Shown here: one piece after another, positions 12,852 through 25,249 of the stretch
Layout: the number at the start of each line of letters is the position of its first letter
Numbering within the stretch: position 1 is the stretch's first letter
NCBI GenBank assembly: GCA_903813345.2
Contig: CAIIXF020000001.1
Location: forward strand, 20,646,001-20,710,000
Length of the DNA stretch: 64,000 nucleotides
Direction: 5' to 3'
Source: Owenia fusiformis
Taxonomy: Eukaryota
Notes under the pieces: model-generated
What the model saw: the letters and a program-made list of their open reading frames with translations, nothing else
What the model was told of the DNA's origin: nothing
Databases searched by the model: none
Position numbers and translations under genes: made by a program

Positions 12852-13551
12852 TTATCCCATTGAACGAAGTTCGGAGGGATATAGGGAACGCCTCCGTCCG
12901 TCCATCCGGGCAATAACTCAAATACTGTTGGCTCGATTTCGTTCATATTTTGTACAAATATACCCAATGGGGGTAGAAGTTCTGCTCAAAAATCAATTTT
13001 CAAAATGGCCGCTTGTTTAAAAATGGCGGCCATTTTAGTGCCGATTTTACTGTAATTTAGGTTCTGCATATAAAACTGTAATAGCTATATGTTTTAAATG
13101 TAAAACAGTTATATAGGACATTGATTAAGCTAGAAATGTAAATATAGAAAAATACATGGCAGCCATCTTGAAAAATGGCTGCCTTTGCACGTCATTTTAC
13201 GATTTTTGCTGTAACTTCAAAAGTAGTGGAGCGATTTTGTTCATATTCGGTATGTGAATACTTTAAGCATTGCACAATGTCTAATAATATTTTGGGTAGC
13301 AGGCGGCCATTTAAAAAAATGGCCATCATTTACATGTACGTATGTGCGATTTATAAAATTTTAGATGTGGCTACTTTAAAGCATATTCCTTCTTCTGCTG
13401 ACAACTTGGCTAGTGAGCAACCATTTTGAAAATGGTGGCCTTTCTTATGTGTGTTATTTTATGAAATTTGCTATATATTTCGTTTGTAAAAATGCCAGCC
13501 ATTTCTGTTCGATGGGAATCGCTACGCTTTGGCGTTGCCATTGTTCTGGTT
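12852..13551 (+). mobile_element. Non-autonomous Helentron-type (DINE-1/HINE-like) element, family A, short copy
   Basis: 5' subTIR atcccattgaac with nearby inverted copy gttcggagggat; short TCCG microsatellite; 3' subTIR gttcgatggga and hairpin acgctttggcgt. Homologous to 61799-63080. Confidence 0.8.
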
Positions 13552-14134
13552 CATATTGTCAATGACAACGGAATCTGAATTTCGAATAATTAAGAGACCA
13601 ATACATCCGGTATGACGTGACAACAGGCCAAAGTGGATGCATTGCATTAGGACATTAGATAAATAGATGGCAGCTGTTGGTAGTACCAGAATACCAGATA
13701 TGTAATCAACTGGCAGTAGCTTAATTTCCATTTGGATTAATACATAACATCATTAGATTACAACTATGATCTAGTTGACATGTAGATTCTGATTTTACAC
13801 TAAAATTGTGAAAAAATTATACACAGAATTCAAATATGCCATCAAAGAGAAAAATGTTTATCTTATCTCCTAAGACTTCCTAATCACCCCCTGAATGGGA
13901 CTCGTTGGGAAAGGCCAGATCAAATTCAGAGTGATTAGTACTTATTTTAAATATAGCCCTCTCCATGTAAGTATTTTTATTTTATTTTTGTTTTTCCATG
14001 TAAGTATTTAACAAAATATGTTTATTTGCTTTTTTAAAAACAGCATTTTCATTTATTCAAAAAATGTTTCCTAAAATAATATAAATTTAGATCTGGTTTT
14101 GAGGCATTTTGTTGGGTTGTCTTGGCTTTATGTC

Positions 14135-17100
14135 TCAAGATATTGCTAATTTCTCAATGATTTTTAAGTAACTGTCTGTGATTTCTTTGTAAGTGTTTTC
14201 TAGGTAAGCAAGTCTCTGTTCCTTGGGTATTTGTAAAGTTGCACTTAGTTCATCATCTGATAGCGTCTTAGAGATTTTATTGAAGTCTTTTCCATTTTTC
14301 TGCAAATAAAAGTAGTTAAATGTTCAGCTGAGGCAGTGAAAATACATCCTTGTAAAAATTGAGAAAACTTTTACAGCAAGTAACATGTCTGCACAAGTAA
14401 GAGCTGTTTTTTCAACAAACAACATTTTTTTCATGTTAATACGAGAAGCATCAGCTATCAATGATACCGAGAATACAACAGATATTTATAAAAACAAAGA
14501 AAAAGGTGTTTTTATTTTACCTGAAATGGAATATTGAGCCTTTTCTTTATATCTATTCTATAGGCTTTAGCCTGTTCTGGGTTGTTCATGTCTGTGGCCT
14601 TAAGTCGGAGTATTTCATACACCTGCCTTGCCTGTCTCTGTAACCATAGCAACACAACATTGTTTAAACAAAAAGTATTATTGTGGTACCAACTCACTTA
14701 GCACATTCCAAACTGAACTAGATGGCCTGTGGCAGCTCAGCTCATGTGCATTTTAATGACACCACTAAGATGTGTTCACATATTTGATGTTTTATATATT
14801 CTAAGGCATTAAGTGTTTAATGATTAGCAATATGCATCTTTGTTATAACTTTATAATCATTTGCAATAACTTGCCATTTTGTCTTGTTAATGAATTGTTT
14901 ATATTCTCAAATGAATCATATGAATTGTCTAAATGAACAAACATGCCTTATTTATTTTGAGTTTATGTCTAGCGGCCCACTCCATGTCATCTGAGAAGCC
15001 CTCTAGTAACCTTTCAGGCTGGAACTCTTTCAGCTTCATACAATTCCCAGCATCAACAAAGTCACGCATCTTCTGGAAATTTTCTGATGGGTCTTCAACT
15101 GCAAATGCATATTTGAAGTAAAACATCGGAGGAAGGGGACCTATTTTACATTTCCTATTGAAATCATGAAACATTGGCAAGAATTGGAAACCAGTGATGA
15201 AAAGCTTGCAATCGCAGTATTAAAGACTATACAGATTTAACTTGTCTAACTTTTTTCCATTTCACCAACCATAAAGGCCGGCAATATTTCACTTCTTTTC
15301 CTCAATTTTTTGGTCACATTCTAAAAATTCTTGCAGAAATAACTGTCAAACCTCTTTTCATTTGACCAAACATATTTCACTTCTTTGCCTAAAATTATTT
15401 TGGTCACATTCTAAAAGTTCCTGGACCACTTCAGCAATTTTTGGAGCTAATTTGAAATTTCCTGACATTTCCAGATCAGGGAAAATATTTTCTCCAGATT
15501 TTTCATAATTACATGATCCTGAATTCAGATATAAGCCCTTCCTTCAAAAATTACAGGTATCATCTGATGTCATACACACCTGTGATATCCCTGATGTCAT
15601 TTCTGTTATAGCAACCATTATAGAATGTTTGTAGCATTTGTGAGCCATGGCCTTGCCTCTGGAAAGGTGGCAGCACCAACATCTGACTACAAAATTTTAG
15701 CATCAATTAGCACATATTCAAGGGTTGTTCAATAAGTACTGTCACTTTTGAGAAAAATGTTTAAAATCTAGAGATTTATATGTTTCCTACAATGCAAAAC
15801 AGAATATCTCAAAAACCTATGATTTCTTCAAAATATGGAGTTTAAGACATGGGAATGTCTAAATTCTTTGAAACAAATAAGTGGTTTTCAACAGTATGAA
15901 CTCATTTAAATCAATGTAAATCTAATTAATGATCAAGATCATGAATTCAGCATCCTACGAATTGTACAAGATTACATGGTACATACCTAACTCTGGGACG
16001 TATGCTGTCAGGGTAGGCATAGTAGTTATACACAGTCATATATCCAGCTACAGCATACATAGGGTTACCATTGCTCTTGTACTTTTCAAAGCTAGAACAT
16101 AAAAACATACTTATGTCTCATATCACATGATTACCATCTTCATAAAAGTGCTTTATGTGCATATTTTCATATCATCTTCTCTCAGACACAGGGGTTTCAT
16201 TAGAATTTCTCTCTTTTATGTTATCCATAATTTATCTTTATTATTATGTAAACAATGATACAATATATGATGTAAAAACAAAATTATTGCAAATAAATAT
16301 GTTACAAAAAAGAATTTCTCAGGCTAACAGGCTAAATAAATGGAAACATGGAAAAGCTGAAATAACCTAAAACAATAGACGATTTTGTGAAATCAACTGC
16401 TGAAAATCGCATGTTGCTAACTGCTAATGAAATCTCTGCATACAGTAAAGTCTAGCAAGTTAACACTCTTAAACACTGCTAGGACGTGCAAAAATGTGCA
16501 TCTCTTCACATTAATAATTTAACAGGTCAAATGGATTTCAAAAAGTTAGGTCGTTTACCCTTTCGAGACATTAACGTATAGGTGTTTTATTTCATGTTCC
16601 ATTATTGTTTTCAATAAAATGTAAAATTACTCCAATAAATTTGTAGCAGTTGGTAATATCATATCATGCAATAAATGTGCGGTTATTATAGTTTGTGCTT
16701 ATTGGAATAAAGAGAAAATATTAATGGATTTTCTTTATGATACAACCGTATATTGGCAATATGTCAGTCATTTGGTTTTATGGAAAAGTCAATCACCAAG
16801 TTTGTTTTTTATGTTATTAGCAGCTACATTAAGCAAAATTGAAACACAGTTGATGGACACTAAATGGAAATGCTCTACTGGTTATCAATTATACTTAATC
16901 ATATATCATACTAAATTGATGACAGGGCTGCAATATTTATTTTTATTAATTAAAATCCAAAGAATACCTCATCTTTTTGAACAGCATGATAGGAATAAGA
17001 GCAGTATTGTCTCCTTGAAATTTTGAAATTCAACGGCTTTCTTGCAACCAACCAACCAACCAAATCTGGCAACTCGTATTCGAGGTTATATTTTCGAAGG

Positions 17101-20100
17101 TTATATTTTTTACGAAAAATGTCAGCCACTTTGAACTGAGCAGCCATACTCAAAATAACGTCTTGACAAGAGGTCCTACACTTATAAGGCATAAGCCTAT
17201 AAAAGGAGTGGTATCGATATGGTGAACTTTTTGAACATGCGTTTCTCTTAAACCAGTCATCAGAACATTTTGAAAATTTTACACATCGTCAATTTAATGG
17301 TCATCTTTTGGGTGGTAACATTATAATTTGAAATATATTCATATAGTTTTCTCTATAGTGTTTTAGAAAACACGTGAGACACTTCTTTTGTTCTTGGTAT
17401 CATATGTTCGGAATGAAATGAAACATCTATCCAAACCTCATTGGACCAAAATGACATAAACACAACATTTCTCTGGAGATTATTAAAGCTACCATTTACA
17501 AATATCTATAAAGTGATATGTGTTTATCATATCTTCTACCTGTGGAAAACAATGCTTCAATCTGCAGATTTATATTGCTTGTGCATTGTGCATGATATTT
17601 TATATGGCAACTATAATATAAGTAAATGCACATGGAAAAGGATGATTCTGTCAAAAGTCTCAAATGTTCAACTCAAGAGAACATATACAAAAAGCCTAAT
17701 GTACAGTGGTCTGAATCAGTTTTTGAAAATTGAATTTTAATACACTGAAGCCTAATATATGGTGGTGTATGGCACAGCAATTTCAACAACCAAATCCAGT
17801 ATTTGAGTTATCGCCCAGTACAGACACACAACTGGATGGACAGACCTACAAACAGATGGCTTCTCTAATTCCCTCTCGAACTTAGTTTGGTGGAATAATG
17901 AAAGACGTTTACTTACCATAGAAAGAACTGCCACCTATCATCATCAACATCAATGAAAGATGCAGCATCGACATAATACAACAAGAATGTCTGTAGCCTC
18001 TCGTGGTACTCCCTGAATCCTGGGGTATCTATCCCAGTCTGGTAGATCTCAAACTGTCGAACATTACCATCTGGAGTGAATTTTGAAAAGATTAACAATA
18101 GTTAGAATGGAACTACTGGGTTAATTAGGATGAAACTCCAAACTTAACACCCACACTGAAGAATGTCCCAAATCCAAATCCTTAACTATAGACAATGGGT
18201 CTATTATGAAACTAGACTCAAACTTCATACATTGAGTAAACATAGGATGAGTAATTTGACAAATCGAAGTTGACCTTTAATAGGCATGCAGACTAAAACA
18301 GAAGGCATGAACAACCTGCAAAATGTCACCACCTTCCATTTGTTAGAGATGCCAACTACCGAACCACTGAACAGTAAACACCGCCCACAAAAAAGTTGGA
18401 TTTTGATGGTGACATACCAATGCAACAATGCACAAGCAGGTCCAAAAGTTGTTACACCAGGCCTACCTTAAAGTGACTGACTACTTACCTTTAGTTACAG
18501 TGTATGAGTGTTTTAATTCTCCAAAAGGTTTGAAGCTGGCATCTTTATGCAGTAGGGCTATAAACTCATCCAAATTGGAGTGAAACCCAGGAGGCATGTG
18601 ATCTGCTACCTGCTTGATGACATCATCTGCCTGAAGATTATACAAGAAGGAGCCTAATTATAAACATTGCCTTTAAATGTTCTTTGATGTTATATAATTA
18701 ATTTTTTGCAATAGAGGAGGAATTATAAACATGGCCTTTGAATGTTCTTTAATTTAATTTTTTGCAATAGAGGACTTTTTTAAAAACTACTGTACATTAT
18801 GACATGCCCTACTATTAAAGTTATCCATTGTTTTTCTCTACTGATAGACATCTTTCCAGCAATAATTCAGCTACATTTAGATAAGTCAGGTGGCAAGGGA
18901 TAAAATGAAGGCTTGGTGCTACTTACCAGAACACCGTCAAACTTCTGTGGGGAGACTTTATCTGAGAAGTGCATGTTAACATATGTGTTGAGCCTCGCTG
19001 CACTGTAGTATACCTCAACCTTCAAGTCTTTGTAGCCAAATATAGCCTCACTGGAACAAAGTTGTTTCTTCAATTATTATCTCCATATTATCTTTTATCA
19101 ACAAATATATGTTGCACTTGCGGATCCAGAAGCTAACAAGGGAGGGGGGGGATCCTCGGCGCACATGGGGTACCATTTTTGACATTTGGTATGGCAATGG
19201 ACCCTTTTAGGATCTGGTATGAGAATGCCCCCCAAATTATGACTTTTGGGGTATGACAATGGTCTTATTTTTCTACTTTCTGGTATGAGAATGGTCATGG
19301 AAAATATGTTACCTCACACTTGTGGTATGGTATTGGTCTAGTAGTTTCACATATCCTTAATTTGAGGTTGTTTTGGATCGTTTTCTTCATAGATTTGCAT
19401 TCTTCTCAAGACCTTCTTCAGTTTGGTATAGACATTTGGTATGGCTATTGGGCTTTATTTTGGTTGGTATGGGAACACATTGAAATTTGACAGATTGGTA
19501 TGGGAACATATGAGGGTTCAGCCTAGGACCCCCACCAAAATTTGTATACAATGAACCCCCAGGCCACTAATTGAGGACCTACAAAATTTTTGGGCCCAAA
19601 TGCCCCCCCCCCCCCTACATCTGCCAGTGTGTTGTATCATATAACAAAGTATTTTCCAAGACTGCTTTTTCAGGACCTTCTGAATGTTGAATTTTTTTAG
19701 GTAACTTATATTTCACTAAACTGTGAACTTTTTTGCTGTTTCTTTACATTTAATTGGTGTGTCACCTCACCTGTCGCCAAATATTTGGTGTGTCATCTCA
19801 GGATGGAAGGTTGTGTTGTCATTGGTAACGTCAGAAGCTGTTCTCACTGCAGATAATAATACAATATGCTAGAATTAGTGTGAAATCATTCAATGTTTTA
19901 TACAATACAATGTTTTGTTTTGGGTGAAAACTGCAAATTCTTCCTTTACTTTTTTTAAATTTAGTCTGTCATTGTAAAAATATTCATTTAATATATAATT
20001 AACTTTTGTTTTGTTTGTTGCAGAATTGATAATGATTAAAAATTCATCGTTGTTTTTAAGAGTATTTTTGGTTCTCCTGATTTGGTTAATAAGATGAAGT

Positions 20101-23100
20101 GAAACAAATGATAATTTTATTGCAAAATGGGGAAATTTGATACGCAATAGTCGAAACCCCTCACTTTCCCCTAAACAGTTTGGTTTGGATTGGATTGACA
20201 TTTCTGCAGTCAACAGGGCCAATAGTGCATTGCCTCACGAAAGTAACCTTGCTACACGTTAAAATGAGAATTATAAAAATGGGGATTGGTCTATGTAAAA
20301 TGACACATAGAAATATGAAAATGATCATAGGTATTGCAAATATACATCTAACCAGCCCTGTATATATTACGTAATATTGAATCCTACATGTACCTAACTT
20401 GAAGTGGATGGCTTCATTTCCATCACACTTGTAAGGAGAAAGTTTCTCTTCCATGAAAGATGGATCTGGAATGAAAAAAACATGAATGACAATTTTTCAT
20501 ATGGTGCTATCACTATTCAGTGTTTAAAAATTTGGTTTTTTTTAATCTTGATTCTTAACAATGATTCACATTCTAACCTACAGGGTGATCCAGAAGTAAC
20601 GTCAAAGATGTTGTAATTTCAAAAGTATTCATCAGATCTTCATGAAATTTGGTATACATGTACCCACAACATTTCTGAGTTACCATCTCAAAGATTGGAA
20701 TTCAATCATTTCATTGGTTGAAATTATGGTTGCTATAGTAACCCGATATCGCGTAACCCGGGGCAAATTACTTAACGTGTAATGCGTAATCTCAAAATAT
20801 CAACAAGATCTGAAATTGTTATATCCTCAACATTTTATTTCACAACAATATAAATCATACTATTGCACAGTTACTAATAATAGTTCATTCTACATAATTG
20901 CCACCATTTGCAACACATTTCTCATGTCTGGATACCCATTCCTTGAACACAGAATTAAATCCATTAGAACTCATTCCTTGTAGGGCTAGTACTACGGCAT
21001 TTTTCAATTCCTCACAGGATTGAAAATTATTTCCACTAAGGTTTCTTTTTAGTTCCCCATACAAATAAAAGTCACTGGGGGCAAGATCAGGTGAATAAGG
21101 GGCATGTTCAAGTTGTTGAAATCCAAGTGTTTGGACTGTGTTGCTGGTCAGGATTGCAGTGTGCGTAGGGGCATTGTCCCAATGCAAGATAAACTGCTGC
21201 AGATGTCCGGGACGCTTTTTCCTCAGGGAACGTTGAAGATCACGCTTCAGAACCTGAAAAACAAATGTTTAATGGTTGTTAAACCAGTTGTTTCATTGAT
21301 TGGATTTGGATTTGAATCATGGCCATGGAGTTATAATTATATTGACAGTGAACAACATTTAAATACTTTAATTTAAAAATAAAATTCACAGTATGATGTA
21401 TTATTAGAACAAATGATATCTTACCTTTGCAATGTAAACGGCATTAATTCTCTGGCCAATGGGAACAAAATGGGTTAACACCATTCCTCTAATGTCAAAG
21501 AATGTCACAACCATTTGTTTCTTTTGTGGAATTCCTGGTACTATTTTAGGCTTGGTTGGTGTTGGGGAGTTGTCATGTTTCCACTATGAACTTTGTTGCG
21601 TGGTCTCTGGGATGTAGAATGATAGCAATGATTCGTCACTCGTAATGATCTTGTTAAGAAAGTCATCTCCATCTCTCCGATATTTTGCAAGAAAGTCCCT
21701 TGAAGCCTTAACACGCCGGTCTTTCTGCTCCTGTGTCAAGTCATGCGGCACCCATTTAGCAGACACCTTCTTTAACAGACAGTTCTTTGTCAGTATCCGT
21801 TGCACAGTCCCATAGCTCAGATCGTGTTTTTCAGCCAATTCTCTGATAGAAATTTGCCTATTGTCCATAACATCAGCTTCAATTGCTTTGATGGTTTGAT
21901 CATCGAATGACGACACTGGCCTGCCTCCTCGCTGCTTGTCTACCACTTCATCATATCCACTGGAATACTTGTTAAACCACCTGTAAATGTTTCTCTCAGC
22001 AATGGCAGCTTTACCATATGCCTTCTTTATCTGTCTTATAGTCTCTTTTACACCTTTCCCCAACTTTACACAGAACTTAATGTTTGTTCTTTGCTCTATT
22101 TTACTCTGACTTGGCGCCATCTTGAATTGGGTGGGTTAGTGTCCTTGGTCATGTTAGTATTTGTCATGGATGATGGAAGCAATTCAAAGAAATTGAAAGC
22201 TTTTTATGAATGCCTATTGTGACATCACAACTATTACATATTTGTTACCATGGCAACAAATATAAAAATCATAGAAAACAAACAATGAACATTTTCAAAT
22301 GTTACTGACTTTTTAAATTAGAGAAATTCACAAAAACGTTATGGTTTCTCTTCAATTTGCCCCGGGTTACGCGATATCGGGTTACTATAGCAACCATAAT
22401 TTCAACCAATGAAATGATTGAATTCCAATCTTTGAGATGGTAACTCAGAAATGTTGTGGGTACATGTATACCAAATTTCATGAAGATCTGATGAATACTT
22501 TTGAAATTACAATGTCTTTGACGTTACTTCTGGATCACCCTGTACATGCCCTTTTCACTGAGGAAATTTGTCCTTTCCTTTCAAATCTGAATATTAGCTA
22601 ACCCACGGTGTCCAACCCAAACGCTCTTACATGCATGACGGAGCGTTTCATTACTGAAACTAAACAAAGAAATGCTCCGGAGTAGGAAAATGGTGGGCAG
22701 GAATGATGAGTTGTCTGATGATTTCCCCAATAATGGGAATAAGAGGTATGTGTTACTTATTTCGAGTATACCATTCGATGGGTCGGATATCTAAGTTGTA
22801 CTTGGCTAGGTGTTGATGTTTGAAGCAATTAGGAGAGTATATTTTGGTCGAATTCCAAAGCTTTAACACAACATACATTATCGTAATTGTGATCTGATGA
22901 CCGAAAATCTTAAAAATGATTTCTCATATACAAGAAACGCTGCGATCTGTTTAACACAGTGAACTGGAATCGATGCGGTACTAGTCTAGATATGTTTAGG
23001 AATTAGCTTGACTTTCCTTTTCAGGAAGAGAAAGAAAAGATCTATGATACCCCTTGGCATCAAAAGAAGAAAGATTAAAGATCAATGGCAACGTGTTAGC

Positions 23101-23294
23101 ATGGGCATTCAATATCTATTGAAAGCCCATGGTATAAAGTAAATAACAATTCAATTCTAAGTTTCATGTCTCAAAACTCTCCCAAGCGGTAGAGAAATAA
23201 TTCCCGTTCACTTTAAGTAGCACAATAAATGAACCCAAAGCTTCATACCTGCAAATATGGATAAATTCCTACCAAATTGAACGAATGTTTTCAT
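14135..23294 (-). CDS. HAT1: Histone acetyltransferase type B catalytic subunit. Exons 23294-23249 (tentative), 20465-20394, 19846-19771, 19050-18927, 18630-18489, 18070-17917, 16091-15987, 15686-15580, 15098-14947, 14637-14521, 14299-14135
   Basis: Joined translation gives [76 protein letters not shown] (acetyl-CoA motif), DITVEDPS and ARQVYEILRL. Phases are consistent. The first exon is uncertain; an alternative start is ATG 20454. Confidence 0.95.
19115..19629. mobile_element. TIR element with 5-bp TSD (hAT5-like) containing internal GGTATG repeats
   Basis: TSD tgttg at 19110-19114 and 19630-19634. Imperfect TIR cacttgcggatccag / ctacatctgccagtg with adjacent G and C runs. Confidence 0.6.
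20885..22120 (-). pseudogene. Mariner transposase of about 354 codons in two exons (22120-21425, 21253-20885), with one in-frame TAG at 21586-21584
   Basis: HTH region, WVPHDL, TSDES, HWDNAPTH and YSPDLAPSDFYL; 34 residues between D2 and D3. Phase-0 intron 21424-21254 (AAG|GTAAGA ... TTTTTCAG|GTT). Confidence 0.93.
22244..22257. promoter_or_regulatory. RFX X-box upstream of the transposase ATG; further copies in both TIRs (20729-20742, 22381-22394)
   Basis: GTTACCATGGCAAC and GTTGCTATAGTAAC/GTTACTATAGCAAC match the palindromic X-box consensus GTTRCYNNRGYAAC. Confidence 0.55.
22690..23142 (+). CDS. Candidate two-exon basic microprotein (57 aa; 63 aa from ATG 22672). Exons 22690-22745 and 23025-23142
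   Basis: AAAATGG start context; donor AG|GTATGT; acceptor gactttccttttcag|G; phase-2 join stays open; TAA at 23140-23142; AATAAA at 23224-23229. No homology recognised. Confidence 0.4.
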
Positions 23295-23819
23295 GGATCG
23301 CCATGTTTGTGATCCAAAGTGGATCGACTCCCAGAATGCAACATCAGTTTACATGTGACAAGTTTCAAAATGGCGGAACGGGATTTTGAAAGCTGGCACG
23401 TGTCTTGTTGCATTCTGGGCGAAAAATCCTCCTTGCAGTGTAATCAGGCTACAAAATTACCTCAACATTTGAAGAGTCGGCATTAACATGTGAATATCGC
23501 TATATATCGGGGGGTAGATGTAAATTTTTTCGAAACAAATGCGTGATATATACACATATTTTGTACAAAATACGTGACATAAACGGCAATCGCGTGCAAA
23601 GACCGAACGGAATGCGTTCGCTTTTTTTCGCCGTTTGGTATTTTACCATATCGGCATTTCACAAAAAAACGATTTTTAAAAATATCAACAAAATGCGTGA
23701 TATTTGATCATACACGCTAAATTGATGTGTGATTTCTGTTTTTCCAGCAAATAGAGCACTCAATTCACTGAGGTAAGATTTTATGACATATGTGACAGAA
23801 TGTCTTATATATAGAGTTA

Positions 23820-24198
23820 GAGTCCATTTCACTGCTTCATTTCGTCAGTAGAACGGCAAAAATAAGAAATTGGGAGACCATTGTGCAATAATATATGGAA
23901 AAGTATATTCATAATGTACACGAATGACATTTGTATATTTCAGATTTTTTAGTTTTTTGTGCAATAAGCACAATTTGAAGAATTTCAGCCATGTTAATAT
24001 TATTGAAAATAACATGGCAGAGAAACATCCAAATATAAGAGGCCACACACTTTATAAGCCAAACTAGAAGCAATCCAAGATATACAAATGTCATCCATGT
24101 ACATAATGAATATACTTTTCCATATATTATTGCACAATAATCTCCCAATTTCTTATTTTTGCCATTCTACTGACGAAATGAAGCAGTGAAATGGACTC
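23820..24198. mobile_element. Foldback MITE with ~120-bp TIRs and TA flanks
   Basis: gagtccatttcactgcttcatttcgtcagtag... and its reverse complement ending ...gaaatggactc; TA at 23818-23819 and 24199-24200. A related fragment lies at about 56905-57025. Confidence 0.85.
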
Positions 24199-24850
24199 TA
24201 GTCATTATTTATGTTCACCACGTACTGTATCACATATTTCGAACCAAATGCGTGGCATATAAATGGAATTTCGAATTCACATGAAAAGTCTGGGCGTTCA
24301 GTTTGTACAGTATCAGCGATTAATAAAAATCTGATTTTTTAAACATCAACATAATGCGTGATAACGTGACATTTTATCGTACACGCAAAATTGATGCGTG
24401 ATTTCAATTTTTCCAGCAAATGTGTGACGATCACACCTAATGCATGAGGATTGACAGGGCAGACTGGTTTGATTATCATGTTCTAAGTTTGGCTAAAGAT
24501 TATAAAAATTCAATTGAATTGAAAACTGGACTGGAGACTGAGAGTCAGACTCAAGACTCAGAGTGGTGGAAATAAATTCAGATAATTTTTTAAAAATGAA
24601 TAGACCGTAAAAGGTGTGAAAGAATTGGTTCTGTGGTATCTCATAAAGTGCACCCTATTAGCTTTTGTGCTACATCAACACCATCAAAAGGAACTGATCA
24701 ATACAATCATCTTTAACGATAAAATAAAACAATATTATTTCGTTTTTGACTTACCCATTTTCGCGCTTTATTTGCCTCGTTTTGATTTCACTTCCGTCTT
24801 CTTGAATCGGCTACTTTCGGAAGTTTCCGGATTTAGTCGTGTTCATGTCT

Positions 24851-24864
24851 GTTGCTAAGGAAAT
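24851..24864. promoter_or_regulatory. Degenerate RFX X-box in the tektin promoter, near ETS-like and CCAAT motifs
   Basis: GTTGCTAAGGAAAT about 150-200 bp upstream of a probable non-coding first exon (donor at 25062). RFX control of ciliary genes is established. Confidence 0.4.
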
Positions 24865-25249
24865 CTTGTTTAGTGTCATTTTATAAACCCTCTTTTCATT
24901 GGCTCATAATAATGAAAGATATCGAATCAACCAATAGAAAAGAACATAACACAGACTTTGTCAATGTTTACCTGACAACACTTAGTTACCATTCAATCAC
25001 AAATATAATCAGAGCAACACCACTTTACTGATCAGATACCGAAAGAATAGCAGAAGTAAAGGTACGTTCTGTAATTTTGTAAAGAAACAACATAATACAT
25101 TTTTTGTTTAGGATAAACACTGTATAAACACAGTTAGAAGCAATCAATTTCACCAACAATTTGCTGTTCAGGATTTTTATTTCAGTTCATTTTCTACATT
25201 TTCTGTTTTTAGAGTCACACCCATACAACAAATAATAAAAATCGCAATA

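Larger units (their letters stand above)
20581..22542 (-). mobile_element. Full-length mariner (DD34D) transposon with 189-bp TIRs
   Basis: TA TSD at 20579-20580 and 22543-22544. TIRs 20581-20769 and 22354-22542 start CAGGGTG and differ at about 2 positions. Confidence 0.97.

Noticed and set aside
16380-17450. Possible repeat or coding remnant in the long HAT1 intron (ORFs 16724-17026 and 16950-17192)
   Set aside because: No recognisable protein motif, TIR or TSD could be established by eye.
21584-21586. Programmed read-through or recoding of the transposase TAG
   Set aside because: A single C>T change from CAG explains it more simply; no recoding signal was recognised.
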